Assembly: GCA_963676565.1 (NCBI GenBank)
Contig: OY781089.1
Coordinates: 1,120,001 to 1,184,000 of the forward strand
From: Halarcobacter sp.
Lineage (GTDB): Bacteria > Campylobacterota > Campylobacteria > Campylobacterales > Arcobacteraceae
Direction: 5' to 3'
Length of the DNA stretch: 64,000 nt
Shown: piece after piece, positions 1 to 7,292 of the stretch
Layout of the letters: each line of letters opens with the position of its first letter
Numbering within the stretch: position 1 is the first letter of the stretch
Program-made: the position numbers and the translations under genes
The notes under the pieces: model-generated
Seen by the model: only the letters and a program-made list of their open reading frames with translations
What the model was told of the DNA's origin: nothing
Databases searched by the model: none

Positions 1-1049
1 ATTGTTGTACTATTTATTGTTGTTGATGCACTATTGATAGTTGTATCATTTGATGCATTACCAATAGTTGTATCAGCAGTTCCTGTAGTATTTATATTTG
101 TTGTTCCAAGAATTGTATTAGTTGATGTACTATTACCAATGTTCGTATCGCCACCTGCAATATTTATATTAGTAGTTGTACTTACAATATTATTGGTTGT
201 ACCTGTTATTGTATTAGTATCACCAGTGATAGTATTAGTTGCGCTACTATTACCAATATTTGTATCCCCACTTGTAGTATTTATATTAGTTGTTGAACCT
301 TGAATTGTAACACCAGAATTATTTGTAACAATAGAGCTACTTCCAGAAACTATTGAAACAGCACTTGTATTAGATGAGGAACCTATTGTTGTTGCAGCAG
401 TTCCTGTAGTGTTGATATTTGTTGTTCCTTCTACATTTAGGTTATCTAGGTTTGTTGTTCCATCAACATCTAAATTGCCCGTGGTAGAAATGTTTCCAGT
501 ATTTGTTATATTTCCATCATTTGAAATACCATCAGTATTTGTCATTCCATCAACATCTAATCCACCTGTCCCAATATCAGCCGTAAGTGCTGACATAGTA
601 CCTGTAGTTGATATTCCCACAGAGTCTGAAATACCATCAGTATTTGTCATTCCATCAACATCTAATCCACCTGTCCCAATATCAGCCGTAAGTGCAGACA
701 TAGTACCAGTAGTTGATATTCCTACAGAATCTGATATACCATCAGTTGTAACTTGACCATTAATATCTACATTATCGGTAATATTTACATTTCCAGAAGT
801 ACTAAGTATGTTACCATTAAGATTTATATTAGTAGAATTAATTGTTGTTAGGGTTAGATTAGAAGCGATTATATAATCATATGAAGAAGTTGCATTATTA
901 TAATCTTCAACAAAAAATGTTCCAGTATTATCTTGGTTAGAATCAACTTGGATAGTATAATCATCTACTCCACTTGCATCTGCTGCAAAAGTATTTGAAT
1001 AAGCAAATAAAGTAATAATAGCTAATGCCCTTAATGAACTTCTCATCAT
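1..1049 (-). CDS. Secreted Thr/Asn/Gly/Ile-rich repetitive surface protein, adhesin/autotransporter-like; 3' end runs off the window
   Basis: Absent from the ORF track because no stop falls in the window. Minus strand reads MMRSSLRALAIITLFAYSNTFAADA (signal peptide), followed by low-complexity repeats such as TNINTT, GDTNIGNS and TNTI. AGGGAA RBS upstream. Confidence 0.8.
   Translation of the reverse strand, partial: MMRSSLRALAIITLFAYSNTFAADASGVDDYTIQVDSNQDNTGTFFVEDYNNATSSYDYIIASNLTLTTINSTNINLNGNILSTSGNVNITDNVDINGQVTTDGISDSVGISTTGTMSALTADIGTGGLDVDGMTNTDGISDSVGISTTGTMSALTADIGTGGLDVDGMTNTDGISNDGNITNTGNISTTGNLDVDGTTNLDNLNVEGTTNINTTGTAATTIGSSSNTSAVSIVSGSSSIVTNNSGVTIQGSTTNINTTSGDTNIGNSSATNTITGDTNTITGTTNNIVSTTTNINIAGGDTNIGNSTSTNTILGTTNINTTGTADTTIGNASNDTTINSASTTINSTT
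523..746. repeat. Intragenic tandem repeat, 105-bp (35-aa) unit, about 2.1 copies
   Basis: Near-identical units start at 523, 628 and 733 (GAAATACCATCAGT.../GATATACCATCAGT). Confidence 0.95.
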
Positions 1050-1173
1050 ATTCCCTAAACGTTATTTAGGCTATTATATCAAATAAAATGAAAAATAACA
1101 AAAATTATAAATATATTTAGTTATTAATATAAAAAAGTAATAAAAAGAGAGTTTAAAAGAAAATAGAAACTTA

Positions 1174-1587
1174 TTAATCTAAGTATTCTATTTTGTCTTT
1201 AATTAGGCTTACAATACCTTGTTTAACTTCATTTGCATTGTTTGGGTTATCTTGCATACTATTTTCAATAAAATTAATAGCAATATTGAATTTGTCTGCA
1301 TCTCCATTAGCTAAATCTGATATATTTTCAACTGCTGCAGCTATAATATCTTCACTAGCTAGTTTTCCTGATTCTTGAATTTCATTATATTCAATAGCTT
1401 TAATCTCATCAACTATATCAGCTTGAAAAGATAAAAGTTCTAATTGATCTTCAGGCATAGAATCAAAAAGAATTGAATCCCCATCTTGTTCAGTATCAAT
1501 TGTTTTTTGTACTGTTGGAGTCTCAAAAATTTTCTTAGATATTTCATTTTCAGAGTAAGTTTTCTGGGAAATATTATCAATAGTCAT
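1174..1587 (-). CDS. Hypothetical acidic protein
   Basis: 137-aa ORF with AAGGA RBS; no family recognised. Confidence 0.7.
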   Translation of the reverse strand: MTIDNISQKTYSENEISKKIFETPTVQKTIDTEQDGDSILFDSMPEDQLELLSFQADIVDEIKAIEYNEIQESGKLASEDIIAAAVENISDLANGDADKFNIAINFIENSMQDNPNNANEVKQGIVSLIKDKIEYLD

Positions 1588-1650
1588 TTAAATCCTTTAA
1601 ATCATTATATGGAAAAAAACAATAAAAACTACTGAAATTATATAACTAAG

Positions 1651-1664
1651 TTGATATACATCAA
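1651..1664. promoter_or_regulatory. CRP/FNR-family binding site upstream of hcp
   Basis: Perfect TTGAT-N4-ATCAA (TTGATATACATCAA), 60 bp upstream of the hcp start. Confidence 0.8.
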
Positions 1665-1724
1665 TGAATCACTTTTCAATTTTTATTAAGATTCCATTAA
1701 ATTAATTTTAGAGGAAATAAAAAA

Positions 1725-3050
1725 ATGAGTATGTTTTGTTATCAATGTGAAATGAGTTCACCAAACGGTTGTGGTTCAAACGGAGCAAATATAGGAGTAT
1801 GTGGTAAAGATGAAAATCTAGCAAGATTGCAAGATATTATGATTTTTGGTTTAAAAGGTTTAAGTGCATACAGAGAACATTTAAATGAATTAAGACCGCA
1901 AGAAACAAAAAATGTTGATGATGTTATGAGTGAGACATTATATTTTACACTTACAAATGTAAATTTTAATTTTGATGATCATATTAATCAACTTATGAAA
2001 GTAGGAAGTGCGGGTGTTGAGGTTATGGATAAATTATCAAATGCACACACCAATAAATTTGGAATTCCATCGCCAGTTAAAGTTACACAAAATAAAGTTG
2101 AAGGTAAAGCAATCTTAGTTTCAGGACACAATCTTGAGATGTTAGAAAAACTTTTAATTGCAACACAAGATAAAGGTATAAATGTATATACGCATTCTGA
2201 AATGTTACCAGCTCATGGATATCCAGAATTAAAAAAATATGAACATCTAAAAGGAAATGTTGGAAAAGCATGGTTTGACCAAGCTCAACTAATGAAAAGG
2301 TTTAATGGAACTTTTGTTGTAAACACAAATTGTATCGTACCTCCAAAATCAAATGCTGATTATGTGGATAGAGTTTTTACATATAAAATAGTTGGAATTG
2401 AAGGTGGAAATCAAATTATGGATGATAATTTTGATGAATTGATTGAGAAAACTTTACAATGTGAAGATACGAATATAGATGATAATCTAAGTTTAGTAAC
2501 AGGACATCACTATAAGACTATTTTAACTTTAGCTCCACAAATTTTAGAAGCTGTAGAAGAGGGAAAAATTAGTCAATTTTTTGTAGTTGCAGGTTGCGAT
2601 GCTCCTGGAAAGGCTGGAAATTATTATAGAGAACTAACTGAAAATCTTCCAAATGATTGTGTAATTATTACATCAAGTTGTGGAAAATTTAGATTTAATG
2701 ACATAGATTTTGGAAATGTTCCAGGAACGCAAATACCTAGATATTTAGATTTAGGTCAATGTAATGATTCAAATGGTGCAGTAGAGATAGCAAAGGCAGT
2801 AAGTTCTGCACTTAATACACCAATAAATGATTTACCTATCTCTATTGTATTATCATGGATGGAACAAAAAGCTGTAATTATTCTTTTAGCTTTATTTAGT
2901 TTAGGTGTTAAAAATATCTATTTAGGACCAAAACCACCACAATTTGTAAATGAAGATATATTTAATTTCCTAGCTCAAACTTTTAATTTACATCTAACGG
3001 GTGATGCAAAAGAGGATTTAGAAAAATTATTGATTAAAAAAATCGCTTAA
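1725..3050 (+). CDS. hcp: Hybrid cluster protein (hydroxylamine reductase), short form
   Basis: MFCYQCE N-terminal Cys cluster; SGH, YTHSEMLPAHGYP, GCD, DLGQCND and SWMEQKA motifs. Confidence 0.95.
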   Translation: MSMFCYQCEMSSPNGCGSNGANIGVCGKDENLARLQDIMIFGLKGLSAYREHLNELRPQETKNVDDVMSETLYFTLTNVNFNFDDHINQLMKVGSAGVEVMDKLSNAHTNKFGIPSPVKVTQNKVEGKAILVSGHNLEMLEKLLIATQDKGINVYTHSEMLPAHGYPELKKYEHLKGNVGKAWFDQAQLMKRFNGTFVVNTNCIVPPKSNADYVDRVFTYKIVGIEGGNQIMDDNFDELIEKTLQCEDTNIDDNLSLVTGHHYKTILTLAPQILEAVEEGKISQFFVVAGCDAPGKAGNYYRELTENLPNDCVIITSSCGKFRFNDIDFGNVPGTQIPRYLDLGQCNDSNGAVEIAKAVSSALNTPINDLPISIVLSWMEQKAVIILLALFSLGVKNIYLGPKPPQFVNEDIFNFLAQTFNLHLTGDAKEDLEKLLIKKIA

Positions 3051-3117
3051 ATAAAATGTAAAAGTTTAGTAACCTATTGATGATAAAATATTATCGTATA
3101 TTATCTAAGTAGGTTCA

Positions 3118-3879
3118 ATGGCAAAAGATAAAAAAGATTTAAATTTAAAAGAAGTGACATTAACCCTTTCAGGTGGTGGGATTAGAACTGCCGCCTCATT
3201 GGGTGTAATTAAGTATTTAGAAGAAAATGATTATGAAGTTAAGATGATATCTGGGACTAGTGGAGGAGCTATTATTGCTTTATTATATGGACATGGTTTT
3301 TCCATAAAAGAGATAGAGGAATTTTTCTTTACAGTAAACAAATGGGATTTGTTCAATTTTAAATTTAGATTTAACTCCATTCTTAGTTTAAATAAAATTG
3401 AAAGAAAACTAAGAGCTTTTATAAAAGATAAAGAACAAAAAATACCAATACAAATATGTGTTACAAATATTGAAATAGGAAAAGCAGAATACCATACAAA
3501 GGGGGATTTGATTAAATCAACTATTGCATCTTGCTCTTTACTTCCTTATTTTTCTTCCATTGAAATAAATGAAAAGTTTTTTGTTGATGGTGGATATAGT
3601 GATAATCTACCAAATAAAAAACTTTATAAGTTAAACTATCCAAATATTAGTGTAAATGTTAATAATCTACCTAAAATTTTTTCTCACAAAAAAGACTCAT
3701 TACACAGAAGATCTCTTTTTATATTAACCCAAAGTGCAATGAAAAGGGCAAAAAAAAGAGCAGATTTTTTTATCAATATTGATAGTATTTCAGAAATAAA
3801 ACTATTTGATTTTAAAAGTTTTGATTTTGTTTTAGAGCAAGGATATATAAAAGCAAAAGAGATACTAAGAAAAAACTAA
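3118..3879 (+). CDS. Patatin-like phospholipase
   Basis: LSGGGIR, GTSGG nucleophile elbow and DGG motif. Confidence 0.92.
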   Translation: MAKDKKDLNLKEVTLTLSGGGIRTAASLGVIKYLEENDYEVKMISGTSGGAIIALLYGHGFSIKEIEEFFFTVNKWDLFNFKFRFNSILSLNKIERKLRAFIKDKEQKIPIQICVTNIEIGKAEYHTKGDLIKSTIASCSLLPYFSSIEINEKFFVDGGYSDNLPNKKLYKLNYPNISVNVNNLPKIFSHKKDSLHRRSLFILTQSAMKRAKKRADFFINIDSISEIKLFDFKSFDFVLEQGYIKAKEILRKN

Positions 3880-4026
3880 AAAAATATAGATAAAAAAATC
3901 CAAAAAATTAAAAAGTACAAATCTGGTAAATAAAAAATTTAATAAAATAAAACCCTAAAAAAGCCACTTTATTTTTAAAGGAAAATAAATTAAGAAAATT
4001 TTAAGAAAATAAATTTTTTTTTGATT

Positions 4027-4032
4027 TATAAT
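4027..4032 (+). promoter_or_regulatory. Sigma70 -10 element
   Basis: TATAAT preceded by periodic A/T tracts (TTTAAG) typical of Campylobacterota promoters. Confidence 0.6.
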
Positions 4033-4049
4033 TTCGCTCACAAAACGAT

Positions 4050-4118
4050 AAAAGTTTAAAGAAACTCTATTATAGCATTTGGCCGTGCAAATTGATTTCT
4101 TTATTTGTTGTACCAAAA
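4050..4118 (+). ncRNA. Candidate structured 5'-leader RNA element, copy 1
   Basis: Core AGCATTTGGCCGTGCA (4074-4089) enclosed by stem TAAAGAAA/TTTCTTTA (4057-4064/4096-4103). Downstream TTGTACCAAAA is complementary to the core. A second copy lies at about 4961-5047. Confidence 0.55.
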
Positions 4119-4159
4119 GTACGTTTGTATTATTAGTTGTTGACAACTGGAGAATAAAA

Positions 4160-4435
4160 ATGTTTAAAAAAATTGCATTATCTGTTTTATTGATTTCAGC
4201 TTTTGCATATGCTCAAGATGAGCAAATGAGTTTAGAAGATAAATACAATGCATGTAGTGAAAGCTATGAACAATGCTTAGTAAAATGTGAAGAATCTAAC
4301 GCAAATGCAGAAGAGTGCGGGGTAAAATGTGAAGACTTATTTTATCAATGTAATGAAAAAGTTGATCAAGAATTAGATGAATCTAGTGAAAAAGTTGATC
4401 AAGAAGTAGTAGAAGAATCAAATAGTAATCAATAA
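4160..4435 (+). CDS. Small secreted acidic protein with six Cys
   Basis: GGAG RBS and ATG at 4160; signal peptide MFKKIALSVLLISAFAYA; C-x6-C-x3-C-x9-C-x3-C-x6-C. Confidence 0.85.
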   Translation: MFKKIALSVLLISAFAYAQDEQMSLEDKYNACSESYEQCLVKCEESNANAEECGVKCEDLFYQCNEKVDQELDESSEKVDQEVVEESNSNQ

Positions 4436-4444
4436 GGTTAATAT

Positions 4445-4867
4445 TTGAAAACAAACATCTATAAAAAACTTGTAAGACAATATTATGAAGAGTTATGGAA
4501 TAAAAAGTCAAAAGCCTTGATTGAAGAGCTTTTTACTGATGATATAGAGTTTCATGGTTCTTTGAATATTGATACAAAGGGAAAAAAAGAGTTTGAAAAT
4601 TATATGGATGCAATATTAAAAGGTATACCTAATTTACACCATGGAATTGAAATTCTTTTAGAGGAAAATGCAACAATTGCTGTAAGAGCTATTTATAATG
4701 GAACTCATAGTGGTAAATTATTCGATTATGAAGCTTCAAATAATAGAATAAAATACAATGGGGCATCTTTTTTTAAATTTAGAGATGAAAAGATTTCAAA
4801 TATTTGGGTTTTAGGAGATCTTGCAACCTTACACAAACAGATTGTAAGTACTAAAAAATCCCAATAA
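4445..4867 (+). CDS. SnoaL-like ester cyclase (NTF2-fold) family protein
   Basis: LVRQYYEELWN, GTHSG and F..EKISNIWVLGD patterns; TTG start with AAGG RBS. Confidence 0.85.
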   Translation: MKTNIYKKLVRQYYEELWNKKSKALIEELFTDDIEFHGSLNIDTKGKKEFENYMDAILKGIPNLHHGIEILLEENATIAVRAIYNGTHSGKLFDYEASNNRIKYNGASFFKFRDEKISNIWVLGDLATLHKQIVSTKKSQ

Positions 4868-4945
4868 GGTCCCATATAATAGGCCTTTGATAGGTTCTGC
4901 TTATTTTTTAAGTTTTTTTTTAGATTTTTTCTTTTTTTTATAGAT

Positions 4946-4951
4946 TATAAT
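4946..4951 (+). promoter_or_regulatory. Sigma70 -10 element
   Basis: TATAAT after T-tracts and TTTAAG, just upstream of leader element copy 2. Confidence 0.6.
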
Positions 4952-4960
4952 TATGTAATT

Positions 4961-5047
4961 AAAAGTTAAAATGAGAATTTCTGAAAACCTATCAAAGCAT
5001 TTGGCCGTGCATTTTTTTAAGATTTTCAGAAATTGATGTACCCAAAA
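4961..5047 (+). ncRNA. Candidate structured 5'-leader RNA element, copy 2
   Basis: Core AGCATTTGGCCGTGCA (4996-5011) inside a perfect 12-bp stem AATTTCTGAAAA/TTTTCAGAAATT (4976-4987/5023-5034); ATGTACCCAAAA follows. Confidence 0.55.
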
Positions 5048-5102
5048 TTGAGTGTTTTAATACTAACACAATAACCTTAGTTTTTAGTTAATTGGAGTAG
5101 AA

Positions 5103-5144
5103 ATGAAAATAGGTTATCTACATATGTTATTTATCAATTTATAG
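5103..5144 (+). CDS. Possible 13-aa short ORF (MKIGYLHMLFINL)
   Basis: GGAG RBS at 5094-5097 is correctly spaced to ATG 5103; the stop is 8 nt before the next ORF. Confidence 0.35.
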   Translation: MKIGYLHMLFINL

Positions 5145-5152
5145 AGCCTAAG

Positions 5153-5383
5153 ATGGTTACTAGATCTATTGATGATTTAATATCTAACTATATACTTGAT
5201 GAGCCAGTACAAATATTGGTTAATGAAATAACAAATCATATAAAATTTTATAATGATTATGATTCAGCAATTAAATTAATATTAGCAAATAATCTAAATA
5301 TAGAAAATATAGTTAGAAATACAGCACGACTTAAAACGAATCAGATTGTTGAATTAGCGTCAAAGCTAATTTCTATGAGATAA
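5153..5383 (+). CDS. Small hypothetical helical protein, paralogue of 5598-5807
   Basis: 76-aa ORF; aligns by eye with the ORF at 5598. Confidence 0.7.
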   Translation: MVTRSIDDLISNYILDEPVQILVNEITNHIKFYNDYDSAIKLILANNLNIENIVRNTARLKTNQIVELASKLISMR

Positions 5384-5407
5384 TAAAGATATATTAGGAA
5401 AGGTAAA

Positions 5408-5608
5408 ATGGATTCAATTATTTATGAATTAAGAGCAAACGATATCAAAGAAGATGATATTCAATTTATAATGGAAAAAGTTAAAAATCGAATATCAGAA
5501 CAAAATATTGATATTGAACTTGAAAAATTAGGTTATCCAAAAGTTTTCACAGTTGATTATGATGATTATAGCTATGAATACGATGTGGATGAAGATGATG
5601 AGTTCTAA
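5408..5608 (+). CDS. Small acidic hypothetical protein
   Basis: 66-aa ORF with AAGG RBS, ELEKLGYPKVF motif and a D/E/Y-rich tail. Confidence 0.75.
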   Translation: MDSIIYELRANDIKEDDIQFIMEKVKNRISEQNIDIELEKLGYPKVFTVDYDDYSYEYDVDEDDEF

Positions 5609-5807
5609 TACAATAAATAATCTAAACACAAATGAATTGATTCATCAGATACTATATTTAGTTAAATATAAAAAAGATTTTAAACTAGCAGCACAGGTTA
5701 TGAAAGATAATCTAATCTCAATAGAAGATTTGAGTGAAAAAACATTAAAACTTTCACAACTAGAGCTTGCAAAAATAGCTGATGCAATAATTGAGAATAA
5801 AAGATAA
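5598..5807 (+). CDS. Small hypothetical helical protein
   Basis: Probable start MSSN overlaps the upstream stop; paralogue of 5153-5383. Confidence 0.7.
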   Translation: MSSNTINNLNTNELIHQILYLVKYKKDFKLAAQVMKDNLISIEDLSEKTLKLSQLELAKIADAIIENKR

Positions 5808-5815
5808 TTTTTATC
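5803..5815. promoter_or_regulatory. Possible Fur/PerR-family box upstream of dps
   Basis: GATAA-N3-TTATC inverted repeat about 45 bp upstream of a TACAAT -10 (5858-5863). Confidence 0.35.
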
Positions 5816-5862
5816 CACTAATAAAATTTATTTATGTTTGTCTAAGCAAAAATTCTTTACAA

Positions 5863-5893
5863 TTTCTAATGGAAAAAAATTCTCCATTAGAAA
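5863..5893 (+). promoter_or_regulatory. Stem-loop at the 5' end of the dps leader
   Basis: 11-bp inverted repeat TTTCTAATGGA/TCCATTAGAAA. Confidence 0.55.
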
Positions 5894-5911
5894 AAATAGA
5901 AAGGATATAAG

Positions 5912-6349
5912 ATGACAAATATAGTAGAAAATTTAAAACAATTACAAGCAGATGCACATGCAATGTATGTAAAAGTACACAATTATCATTGGAATATTGA
6001 GGGTATGGACTTTTATCCTGTACACAATCAAACAGAAGAGATTTATACAAAGTTTTCAATGCTTTATGATGACCTTGCAGAAAGAATTTTACAATTAGGT
6101 GCAAAACCATATTTAACTTTATCTGATTTAGTTAATACTACAAAAATAGAAGAGGAATCTAATTCAAGTTTTAGATCTAAAGAGGTTGTAGAAAAAATTG
6201 TAAATGATTACAACTATTTTTTAAGATCATTTAGAGCTTTAAGTGAAATTGCAGGAGAATCAGGAGATAAAACAACTGAAGCTTTTGCAGATGAAAATGT
6301 AGCTAAACTTGAAAAAGATTTATGGATGATTGGAAATATGCTTAAGTAA
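5912..6349 (+). CDS. dps: Dps / DNA starvation protection ferritin-like protein
   Basis: HNYHWNI.G..FY.VH, DDLAERI and LEKDLWM motifs. Confidence 0.95.
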   Translation: MTNIVENLKQLQADAHAMYVKVHNYHWNIEGMDFYPVHNQTEEIYTKFSMLYDDLAERILQLGAKPYLTLSDLVNTTKIEEESNSSFRSKEVVEKIVNDYNYFLRSFRALSEIAGESGDKTTEAFADENVAKLEKDLWMIGNMLK

Positions 6350-6369
6350 TTTAAGTTTTAAGGATTAGT

Positions 6370-7215
6370 ATGGAAACACTTGAATTTAACAATTATATTG
6401 TAGCTTTCCTACTAACCTTATTTGCAGGACTATCGACAAGTATAGGAGCAGTTATTGCATTTTTTTCAAAAACAAAAACTGAAAAATTCTTATCTTTAGG
6501 ATTGGGTTTTTCAGCTGGTGTTATGATATATGTATCTTTTATGGAGATATTACAAAAATCTGCAGAGTCTTTTACACAATTAGTCTCAAGTGAAGTAAAA
6601 GGTGAATTTCTATCATTGGTTTGCTTTTTTTTAGGTATTGCAATTATTGCAATTATTGATAGACTTATCCCACAAGATGTAAACCCCCATGAACCAAAAT
6701 CAGAAGAGCAGTTAGAAGAGTTAAAACCTGATAATAAAAACAATGTTATATTAGATAGTAGTTTAAAAAGAACAGGTGTTTTTACAGCTTTAGCAATAGG
6801 TATTCATAATTTCCCTGAAGGGTTTGCAACTTTTATTTCCTCTTTAGATAACCTAACCCTTGGTTTAAGTATTGCTTTGGCCATTGCTATTCATAATATT
6901 CCAGAAGGGATGGCAGTCTCTTTACCTATTTATCATGCAACAGGAGATAAGAAAAAGGCATTTTGGTATGCAACTTTTTCTGGCTTTGCCGAACCAATAG
7001 GAGCAGTGATAGGTTTTTTTATATTATTTCCTTTTATGGGTGAGGCTACTTTAGGTGTAACTTTTGGGCTTGTAGCTGGAATTATGATTTATATCTCCTT
7101 TGATGAACTTTTACCTGCAGCTAGAGTTTATGGAAATGCTCATACAACTATTGCTGGTTTAATCTTAGGTATGTTTATCATGGCAATTAGTTTATTAGCA
7201 TTTAAATTTGTTTGA
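6370..7215 (+). CDS. zupT: ZIP-family zinc transporter ZupT
   Basis: GFSAGVM, HNFPEG, AIAIHNIPEG and DELLP motifs. Confidence 0.93.
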   Translation: METLEFNNYIVAFLLTLFAGLSTSIGAVIAFFSKTKTEKFLSLGLGFSAGVMIYVSFMEILQKSAESFTQLVSSEVKGEFLSLVCFFLGIAIIAIIDRLIPQDVNPHEPKSEEQLEELKPDNKNNVILDSSLKRTGVFTALAIGIHNFPEGFATFISSLDNLTLGLSIALAIAIHNIPEGMAVSLPIYHATGDKKKAFWYATFSGFAEPIGAVIGFFILFPFMGEATLGVTFGLVAGIMIYISFDELLPAARVYGNAHTTIAGLILGMFIMAISLLAFKFV

Positions 7216-7292
7216 GTTTAACATAAAATAATACTTTTTGAAGACTATTTTATTATATACTTCGAATATATCTTATATCATGGGAGTATATA

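Noticed and set aside
523..746. Tandem repeat as a possible CRISPR array
   Set aside because: The 105-bp units are contiguous, in frame within a CDS, without unique spacers, and no cas genes are present.
34..756. Plus-strand V/P/I-rich ORFs 34-303 and 409-756
   Set aside because: Antisense shadows of the repetitive minus-strand surface protein; no RBS, and their composition mirrors its codons.
4074..4095. Core motif as a sigma54 or sigma28 promoter
   Set aside because: GG/GC spacing does not fit -24/-12 on either strand, and no TAAA-N15-GCCGATAA match exists. Each copy already has a TATAAT upstream.
4079..4159. N-terminal extension of ORF 4079-4435 from a TTG start
   Set aside because: The RBS and signal peptide point to ATG 4160; the extension runs through the leader element.
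4971..5036. 21-codon ORF MRISENLSKHLAVHFFKIFRN across leader copy 2
   Set aside because: No RBS, and the equivalent frame in copy 1 has a TAG just before the core, so the conservation is not at peptide level.
4050..5047. Firm assignment of the twin element as a SAM-II/SAM-V riboswitch or type III antitoxin repeat
   Set aside because: Only partial motif resemblance. Loop lengths differ, no Met/SAM genes lie downstream, the copies are 922 bp apart rather than tandem, and no ToxN-like gene is present.
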